Assembly: GCA_000091205.1 (NCBI GenBank) | Contig: AP006496.2 | Strand: one strand, 5' to 3' | Source: Cyanidioschyzon merolae | Taxonomy: Eukaryota | DNA length: 64,000 nt | Shown: in pieces, positions 56,585 to 64,000 of the stretch | Layout of the letters: the number at the start of each line of letters is the position of its first letter | Numbering within the stretch: the stretch's first letter is position 1 | Made by a program: the position numbers and the translations under genes | Notes under the pieces: model-generated | Seen by the model: only the letters and a program-made list of their open reading frames with translations | What the model was told of the DNA's origin: nothing | Databases searched by the model: none

Positions 56585-57634
56585 GAAACTTGGAGCGGAG
56601 CGGTGGTTTCATCCCTGGATGCCGTCAGCATTCGCGCCTGTGGAAGGGGTCAGGTTCGCTGCATGATCGACCTCACACCATAAAATACGGTTGCCTTTGC
56701 AGCCTTTCCAAGCCTGGACCAAGCCAGCGTCCTGCGCATTTGGAAAGAAGGTCTTCAGATCGAGCCGGTGTCAGAAACGGCTCGGAAATACTGCGCTGTC
56801 TCCGTTCGGGAACTGTGAATAAGCATGCGGCGCGCTGCAGCAAGTATCAGCACAGCGCGTAGCATTGCATGAGGTCTCTTGTTAGGATCGACCAAGCTTC
56901 CATGCCCAAAAGGAAAAAAAGCTAGTCTGGAGCTTTTGACATGCACATGCATTCGCAGAGGAACGGAAAGAAGGCCGCCTTTCGCCAGACTGGCGCCACC
57001 AAGTGCCCCGAGCTGCAGCATCTCGTTTGATGCATCCTTGCCGGAGTGCACGTGAAGAGACCGAACACAGAGAGCGCTGGAATATCGAGCACCAGTACGG
57101 TTCAGTGAGCGTCGTAGCAGGTACTCACGCCGGGCTCGGTATCCGGATCATCATATCGACATAGCGTGATCCCCAGAGACGAGTCGGGGTCGCACTTCGT
57201 GCAGTTCAGAGCATGCGTAATAACGTGGTGGCTGCTTCTCTAGACGTCGATTACCCTAGTGTACTCGGGGTCTCTGGTGCGATTCCATCATCCGAGAACA
57301 ATCCAGAGACCCAGCCTCTGTGCGCCTTCATACCGGAAATGTTGCCCCTTTGTAGGGCGGGACTGCGCTTTGCTGCATTGCAGCCTCAGCGGCAGGCGTT
57401 TGCGATAAACCTGGTATCTGTAGCAGGGTTGCTGGCGCCTTCACGCCTTGATTCTATAGGGGAAAGCACGCTAGGTTGTTGGCGTTGTGGTTTCGGTATT
57501 CGTGTTCGGCGCACGAAGCGGCTGCCAAGGAAACGGGTTTCAGGTCGCAGTTGACGTCAGCGTTGGCGTGCTCGCGACTAGTCCCGCGAAACGCACAGGG
57601 AAGAGAACGCTGTGTTTCTCGTTTTTCCCGGGAT

Positions 57635-59944
57635 ATGGCTTTATCTTTCTGGATAGTCACGGTTTGGTTGCTCCTTTTTCTGTCGATAATTGAAAGTGCA
57701 TGCGGATCGATCCTCGAGGAGACGCTTCTGTTTGGAAACGCTGCCGCACAGGAAGGGCGCAGGTGTTGCTGGCTGCTTCGCGACGGCGCCCTAACAGTAA
57801 CGCCACATCGCGAGGAACACGCTGCGCAAGCAGAGCTGCGGATTTATGGGACGCTTTCGAGACTTGTATCTAATAAGCAGAAACCCCTGGCACCTGAGGA
57901 GGTCGAGTTTATCTTTTATCCTTCGACCCAGCGCGAGTATGTAGGGTATCACGCGCCGAACGGAGGCTCGACCGTTCAGTACTGTTGTCCGCTGGAGGCA
58001 GACGCAGAATTGGATGCCTCGACTCCACCAGGGTGTAATGCAGCTACCGGAGGACACGTGTTGGTGGCCACGGCAGTCGCAACACCGCTCACATTACCGC
58101 AACGCAAGATGCGGACAGACTGGCACCGGGGAGCGCTCCTGCGCGCACGTGCACGACATGGCGCACCTGCTGGGCCCTCTGAAGCGCAAACGAATCGAAA
58201 GCAACATCGAGAAAACGTTCCCCAAGGCAAACAAAGCATCGATCGGGGTCGGCCGTGCATCTGCGGGGCACAGCAACGTATGGAATGGTTACGGGACGAG
58301 GCTAGCGATCCGATGCAGCAGCGAGCGCTTCATGATGCAGTGCAACTGAACGCTCAGGAGCAAGGGCAGGAGCATGAGGAGCTAATGAAGCCCCGGATGC
58401 CATTGGATTTGAGCGCTGTTGTTGGACAGCGAGCAGTGGAGCGCATCGCAGGTGTTTGGCATCGACTCCGATACCGATCAGCGGCACAGGAGACACTGGA
58501 ATGCGTCGAACGGGGGCTCGCCACAGTTCGTGTCTCGCGTGACGCAGCTTTGGCACTGGCGGTACCCATTTCCATGGAAAGAGGTAGTTCCGGGGTCGCG
58601 CTTGATACCGCCGAGGCAAAGCCAACAGTTCCAGCTGCCGCCCCAGGACGCCAGCAGCAGCAAACAGAGCGACAAGCGCATCATGATCAGAGAAACGGCG
58701 TTCAATTTGAATACTTGAGGCATACAGAGACTCGCGATGTACAGGCACACGAGCAGGCGCCCTTCAGAGTTATTCCTGTGTTGCAGCAGCGAAAGCAACT
58801 GAATCAGACAACCGCCACGCCCGTTTACCGCTATCGATTGACGCTGCCGCGGTCCAGTTCGCGCATGGATTTCGGAGTGCTCATTTTCCCGGTCCGAGAG
58901 AGCGGCATTCACGAGCTATTGGTGGCCTCGTGTACTGGTACGAATATCAGCATGCACCTCGTTGCCGAATGGCAGAGTGCACACGGCTACCTGGCAGCGG
59001 AGCTCTATCCGCTACTCCCATTCTACGGCTGGATGACAGTGCTTTATGTAGCAGCCGGGGCTGTGTGGATACTCGCCTGCTACGTCCAGCTAGGTCGTCT
59101 CTACACTGCTCAGCATGTGACCACGTTCCTGCTAGTTCTCGGCCTGTTCGAGTCTTTTCTTCATTTTCAGGCATATCACTGGGCGAATCAATCAGGCAAG
59201 CGTATCTGTTGTCCACCGGGTGGCCTCGTCATGATCGGAGATTTCGTTGCAACCGTCCGTAGCACCCTGACCCGCGTACTCGTGCTTGCAGCGAGCATGG
59301 GTTTGCTCCTGCTCTCTCCGAGACTGATGCCCCCGAAAGCACTGCTCCTGAAATGGTTCGCTCTCGTGTATACGTTGAGCGCTGGCTCCCTGGAAATGCT
59401 CGAAACGGTATCACAGGGTCGTCGATCTGGCTTGATGGTCGTCGTGCCGGTCTCAGTACTCGTGTCAATCCTCGAAACACTTTTCTATTTCTGGATGTTG
59501 TTCGCCCTGCGCCAGACCTGGATTGCCCTCCAGCGCCGCGATTTGTCTGAAAAACGTGGACGTTTTCGCATCTTTATCGTCATGCTTGTCGCCTATGCTT
59601 GTTCGGTTTTGGCGTACGTGGGATTCGCGTTTGCTTTTCTCTGGAAAGGGGCAAATGGTCGAGGAGGTATCACTGATGCAAATTGGCATCTTTTCTGGTT
59701 GGTTGGACCCTACCCCGGTCTCGGTACAGGGGCACTCGGTGATACCGCTTCCGTCATGATACTGGCTGCCATCATGTGGATCTGGTTCCCCACAAGCACC
59801 CGACACGAGGAGCTGCTCGGTACCGGAGGCACACCGACTACACCTAATCAGCTGATGACGCTTCCCGCGAAGTCGTCGGCTCTACGGAGAGCGTCTGGAG
59901 AGCGTCTCGAATCCCGTTTCGAGCTGGACGAAGAAAACGACTAG
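57635..59944 (+). CDS. LUSTR / GPR107-GPR108 / TMEM87-type multi-pass membrane protein (Lung_7-TM_R family)
   Basis: Signal-peptide-like start at ATG 57635 (MALSFWIVTVWLLLFLSIIESACG) and a luminal N-terminal domain. Then SAHGYLAAELYPLLPFYGWMTVLYVAAGAVWILACYV and about six to seven hydrophobic helices, typical of the family. The track ORF starts at a TTG (57476). Confidence 0.8.
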   Translation: MALSFWIVTVWLLLFLSIIESACGSILEETLLFGNAAAQEGRRCCWLLRDGALTVTPHREEHAAQAELRIYGTLSRLVSNKQKPLAPEEVEFIFYPSTQREYVGYHAPNGGSTVQYCCPLEADAELDASTPPGCNAATGGHVLVATAVATPLTLPQRKMRTDWHRGALLRARARHGAPAGPSEAQTNRKQHRENVPQGKQSIDRGRPCICGAQQRMEWLRDEASDPMQQRALHDAVQLNAQEQGQEHEELMKPRMPLDLSAVVGQRAVERIAGVWHRLRYRSAAQETLECVERGLATVRVSRDAALALAVPISMERGSSGVALDTAEAKPTVPAAAPGRQQQQTERQAHHDQRNGVQFEYLRHTETRDVQAHEQAPFRVIPVLQQRKQLNQTTATPVYRYRLTLPRSSSRMDFGVLIFPVRESGIHELLVASCTGTNISMHLVAEWQSAHGYLAAELYPLLPFYGWMTVLYVAAGAVWILACYVQLGRLYTAQHVTTFLLVLGLFESFLHFQAYHWANQSGKRICCPPGGLVMIGDFVATVRSTLTRVLVLAASMGLLLLSPRLMPPKALLLKWFALVYTLSAGSLEMLETVSQGRRSGLMVVVPVSVLVSILETLFYFWMLFALRQTWIALQRRDLSEKRGRFRIFIVMLVAYACSVLAYVGFAFAFLWKGANGRGGITDANWHLFWLVGPYPGLGTGALGDTASVMILAAIMWIWFPTSTRHEELLGTGGTPTTPNQLMTLPAKSSALRRASGERLESRFELDEEND

Positions 59945-60957
59945 GACGCGGGAGACGACTGGCATCGATCACGATTGCGACGCTGCCGAAGCTGCTGCGG
60001 TTCATAGAGCGAGATCCCTGCGATTACGTAAACAGCGGTATACCGATGTATAGGCATAGCGCGCACCGGGAGCTTGTGTGTTCGCGATCCGCCTCAGGTT
60101 CATGAGGACCGACATTGATCCCCAGCTAGCTGCTGCGGTGCCTTGCCGAGCGTATCTTGTCGGAGCAGCAGGACGCTGATGTGCCTGGCTTCTGGATGTC
60201 AGTATCCGGCACTTGATCAGCAGATCCTTTATCAGACGAAGTGATTCTATATTATTGAAAAATCGACGAGCTGGAGCCCATGACATGAATCGAGACCGCA
60301 TGCACAGTCCTGCCCGTTCGCTTTGAAGATATCGCTCGTCAGAGGTCGGAGCAGCTATCAAAGTATATGCATAAGACTATCTCCTCGTCAATAGGTTCCG
60401 TCGCTCACGTTGTTTAGGCTCAATGAAGCGAAAACGTTTCGCAACTATCGGGTGCAAGAATACCCACCCGCAGATGCCTCCCAGTCTTTTTTCGACGGGC
60501 CTCTTGGCATCGGCTTCAGTTTCTCCTTGAATACTTCGAGCTTCAGAGGCTACACTACAAAGACGGAACGCGTCAGCTCTGCGGGTCTGGTCGACAGCAC
60601 TGCACATCGTCTGGTATTCATGGAGATGTTGAAGGATCGGTTTACGAACTCTTTGCGATTTGTTGCCGCTGGTGGAACTCACCGTTGCAAGGGTTGTGTA
60701 GAGCTCGCGCCTGCTGTGCTTCGACAGTCTCGTCTTCGTCCCGCTGGGCAAATACGTTTTCTCGACGATCTCCCCTCTTCTCCTTCTCCTTCTCCTTCTC
60801 CTTCGTCGCTTGCGCTTCTTCGCTCGATGGTCGGTGAGAAGAGGATTTTTCCGTTTCTCTTCCAGGCGGCTGGCGATGACGGCCCTCGTGTATCCCCGAC
60901 TTTCATGTCCATTACTTTCACGTGGATTCCCTTATTTCTTCAAAATGAATGCATTTT

Positions 60958-61950
60958 TTATGCCGCTAGGTTGGGATGTTCCCGAAGAAGACCGGGGTTT
61001 GCGCAAGAAAGCTGACCTGTGCTCCCGATTTGTCGCTGTGTGCAGAACGCTTCTGCGATTCCTCCAGTGCAGCAATCATTACGTTGCATGATAAAAAACA
61101 CTCCCTTGCTGAGGTTGAATCACGCACCGTACGGAGTAATGAAAAGCAACTCGACCCCGATATCATCGGCAAAAGCCCTAACGCAAAGGGAATGGTAACA
61201 TGCAACATTGTCCATTGGAAGCACGTCGCCAGACGTCAGGGAGAGGTCACCCGTGAATCGACCAGGTCGGTGCTGTTGTGTGCGCCTTCTCTAGGAGCGA
61301 ACGTGATTCTGCCACCCGGGCCCACTCCAGATAAATCCGATGAGGATATCATCGCTCTCTTCGAGCTTCAACAGACGTACAATGAGCGCCCTGCTCCGCG
61401 AATACCCATATACGCACCGCCCGTTTCACCCGAAGCAAGTCTCATCGACAGAAAAAACACACCAGCGTCACTCGGCTTCATATCGATAGCGACTCTCCAT
61501 GAACGCTGTCGTTGCGATTTCAGTGGATGTTGGTCGTGCGTGAAGCTGGACTTTTCTGCGACGGTATCCCAGTGATTTCAGGACCACACGAACAAGCTGT
61601 TGAGAAACAGAGATGCCCGTGGCGGCCTCTATCGTCGCTTTTGCTTTCCGTAACGTAAACGAGGGGTCGTTTTCTACCATTTCCCGCAAGCGCGCTTTGA
61701 GAATATCGGTTTTAGGTGCAGAGCGCTTGTACTTCTTCCTTTCAGCGTTCCTCAACCATCTGAGTACCGTGGTATGACTAACTTGAAGGAGAGATGCAGT
61801 CTTCCTTGAACTTTTCAGTAAAGAATATATCCTCCAGGCAATTCTTCTACGATCTACAGGGTACATTCCATAGTGACTTTGTTCGCTTGCTACACACCCC
61901 AGCAGCCGTGAAACGAATCTGGGTTGAAATACGATAAACAACGTCATCAT
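60958..61950 (-). mobile_element. Tc1/mariner-IS630-like DDE transposase relic (pseudogene with in-frame stops)
   Basis: N-terminal paired HTH region in ORF 61468..61950 (RRRIAWRIYSLLKSSRKTASLLQVSHTTVLRWLRN...DPSFTLRKAKATIEAATGISVSQQLVRVVLKSLGYRRRK). Continuing in the same frame gives VFSVDETCFG*NGRCVYGYSRSRA...*...VLPMDNVACYHSLCVRAFADDIGVELLFITPYGA*FNLSKGVFF. These are the DE..F, DNa..H and PPYSP.LNPIE-like blocks, broken by three stops. Confidence 0.7.
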
Positions 61951-62337
61951 GAACGACGATGCGCGTTTTCATAGTGTACGAGCGATGCTTCGAAACACGG
62001 ATACTTCGGATGTGCGGTGATTCTCGGCAACAATGACAACGCATGTGACGTTGTCAGAGCGCATGCTGTCGCAGACCTCAAAAAAGAACTTGATTCTGGT
62101 TAGAGCAAGCTCCACAACGGTGTTGCAGCAGAGCTTTTTCGTTCATATGCGCAACAGACACACATCGACACCAAGACAAGACTATGAAAAGCTATGAAAC
62201 GAATGTACGAGAGGCGAGTTCGGAGGCATCAGCACCAGTCAATCCAGTCGTAACTGCGACAGCGATGCATGCATCCATGAGGAGGTCTTGCTCATCATTA
62301 TCAACATTCCTGCTCAACATGGGCTTTCATAACGTCT

Positions 62338-63255
62338 TTACTCGACATGATGGAGCCAGTGCAATGTAAACGCACCAGATGCTGCATCGTCTTGTCTGTT
62401 CATGAACGCGTACAAAGCATCGTCGCCGGAAAGCGCCCAGAGGAACGCTGCCGCCCTGGTCGCTTCGTCTCGGAGTTTCTCCTCATTGGTTAGCCATTGC
62501 GAAAAGGTTTCCTCATCGCCAATCTCTATCCCACTCGAATACGTTGGTCGATAGAAGTGCGCAATGGTTTCCGCTCGATCCTGAAGCAGCGAAAACAGCT
62601 GACGCAGCGCTTCCAACGCCCGCTGATGCAGCGTCTCTGCGTAGACCCAGCGTCTTCGGGTACGTCGGAGGGCACCAACGCCAGGCTCCAAACGCTCTGC
62701 GCTCTCGCTCATTGTTGCTTGAATGCGTTTCACCAGGTGCGCGACTCGGATCCAAAGTCGATGTGGATGAAGCTGGTAGAGCGCACTCACGCCAGTCAAG
62801 CCGGCAGGCAGTGGCTCTGCTGCACCTAGAGCGGCAATCACCAGCGGACACTCGTCTATCTGTCGCATGACTGCGCCAACGAACTGTTTTAGTGGGGTTG
62901 CAAGAGGCGCCTCTAGTTGATCGCGGTACCTGCACGCGTGCTTCAGTCGGCGCCAACACGCAAAGAGCGCGAACCATTGGTTCCCATTTCGAACGAGCCC
63001 TTTAGCACCTTCCAATAGCTCTATGAAGCGAACGGCTGTACGCGCAGTCTCACGTTCAAGGCTCGTTGCCTCCATACAAAGTCGCTTACCCTCTGAAGCG
63101 GCTTCATCGCACGATGAGGACGCTGCGCAGACAAGCCACGCTCCCGAGTCTGCGTCGAAATAGTTGCGGTGCTCCCGCTGCCATCGGCTAAATGAGAGCA
63201 CTGCTCTGGAAACTCGCTCCTCTAGCGTTTCCAAGGACGTCTCATCCTCGGACAT
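62338..63255 (-). CDS. Hypothetical protein (no recognisable domain)
   Basis: Long minus-strand ORF. The track start at 63312 is a GTG and the first ATG is 63255 (MSEDETSLETLEERV). The composition is helical and Leu/Ala/Arg-rich. No motif was recognised. Confidence 0.4.
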   Translation of the reverse strand: MSEDETSLETLEERVSRAVLSFSRWQREHRNYFDADSGAWLVCAASSSCDEAASEGKRLCMEATSLERETARTAVRFIELLEGAKGLVRNGNQWFALFACWRRLKHACRYRDQLEAPLATPLKQFVGAVMRQIDECPLVIAALGAAEPLPAGLTGVSALYQLHPHRLWIRVAHLVKRIQATMSESAERLEPGVGALRRTRRRWVYAETLHQRALEALRQLFSLLQDRAETIAHFYRPTYSSGIEIGDEETFSQWLTNEEKLRDEATRAAAFLWALSGDDALYAFMNRQDDAASGAFTLHWLHHVE

Positions 63256-63348
63256 AAACGTTTCCAGTGCCAGTTGTTGTCGGAGCGAAGGCTGGTGTTC
63301 GAAACACCACACTGGTGCGTTTCGGCATCGAGCAGCAGCGCGGGTGCT

Positions 63349-63726
63349 TCACAACGCCTCTGCCGCTGTTCCCAGTGCGCTCTGTGCGAGCACGTTTCCT
63401 ACAAGCGACCTGGGGTTCGTCTGACGGAAGACCGGCAAAGCAGAGCGAGGTACGTTTCCAAGCGGAGGTATGCCTGTGGTGTCTGCGCAAGAGCGTGATG
63501 TCGTCGAGGCTAGTTCGCGTGAGGCGACGCATTCAGGGTACGTCTTGCGGGCCAGTGGAGAGCTTTCTTCGACCGCCGCTGAGTCGAGTTCCGCTCCGGA
63601 GGTACCTCGAACGCCTTCCGGAGCGGCTGGCTGCACCGCACTGCTTTCTGCTACCTTGACACCTACGGGGTCTCGAAGCAACGACTCGGGTAACGCGGAG
63701 ACCTCGACAAGAAGCGCGCTGGGCAC
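63349..63726 (-). CDS. Low-complexity ORF, possibly the 3' part of a gene that starts beyond the window end
   Basis: It is in the same frame as 62338..63312 and separated from it by a single TGA (63349..63351). In this frame the terminal GCT/ACT repeat (63775..63957) reads Ala-Ala-Val repeats without stops, so the ORF may stay open to position 64000. Confidence 0.25.
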   Translation of the reverse strand: MPSALLVEVSALPESLLRDPVGVKVAESSAVQPAAPEGVRGTSGAELDSAAVEESSPLARKTYPECVASRELASTTSRSCADTTGIPPLGNVPRSALPVFRQTNPRSLVGNVLAQSALGTAAEAL

Positions 63727-63774
63727 TGCAGTAGGTGTTGTTCGTGTTGCTGGCGCCCCTGCTCGTCCACCTTC

Positions 63775-63957
63775 TACGACTACGACTGTTACTGCTACTG
63801 CTGCTACTGCCGCTACTGCTGCTACTGCTGCTACTGCTGCTACTGCCGCTACTGCTGCTACTGCCGCTACTGCTGCTACTGCCGCTACTGCTGCTACTGC
63901 CGCTACTGCTGCTACTGCCGCTACTGCTGCTACTGCTGCTACTGCTGCTACTGCTGC
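63775..63957. repeat. Compound trinucleotide repeat (GCT ACT GCT / GCC GCT ACT)n at window edge
   Basis: Read directly: actgctactgctgctactgccgctactgctgctactgctgct..., about 180 bp. Confidence 0.95.
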
Positions 63958-64000
63958 GTCATCGCCTCAGCCGAGCACCTCAGGGTCTGGAGGAGCCCCT

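Overview
This window is 64 kb of GC-rich, compact eukaryotic nuclear DNA. Conserved domains of every recognisable gene are collinear in single uninterrupted ORFs, so I see no evidence of introns. Coding trinucleotide repeats are abundant. All family calls rest on motifs I recognise from memory; no searches were run. Genes recognised: a 2171-aa helical-repeat protein (UTP20-like?), TRM10, LETM1, fibrillarin, a 2941-aa ATR-type PIKK, a Brawnin/UQCC6-like microprotein, an ATP-synthase subunit-g-like protein, an MPO1/DUF962-like protein, a RelA/SpoT homologue (RSH), an ADP/ATP carrier, PFK-2/FBPase-2 and a LUSTR/GPR107-type multi-pass membrane protein. An intron-poor, GC-rich genome carrying a nuclear RSH gene suggests a plastid-bearing protist. 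It would fit a cyanidiophyte red alga such as Cyanidioschyzon, but that is inference only. The non-genic fraction is the unusual part. (1) A 1.27-kb repeat occurs three times at about 99% identity. Two copies form a head-to-head inverted pair around a 1.7-kb spacer, and two copies directly flank the RSH gene. The repeat looks like a frameshifted Ty1/copia-type RT-RNase H remnant. (2) A 787-bp repeat (5 mismatches) directly flanks LETM1 and sits inside much more diverged homology. (3) A ~230-bp diverged element occurs three times, each time a few hundred bp upstream of a same-strand gene, and carries a retroviral-type protease-like LD(S/F)G frame. (4) A Tc1/IS630-like transposase relic is interrupted only by in-frame stops. 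(5) A hexanucleotide array and two ~112-bp tandem repeats lie in a ~10-kb gene-poor block. I found no prokaryote-style system (CRISPR, operon, defence island). No rRNA or tRNA could be supported by eye.
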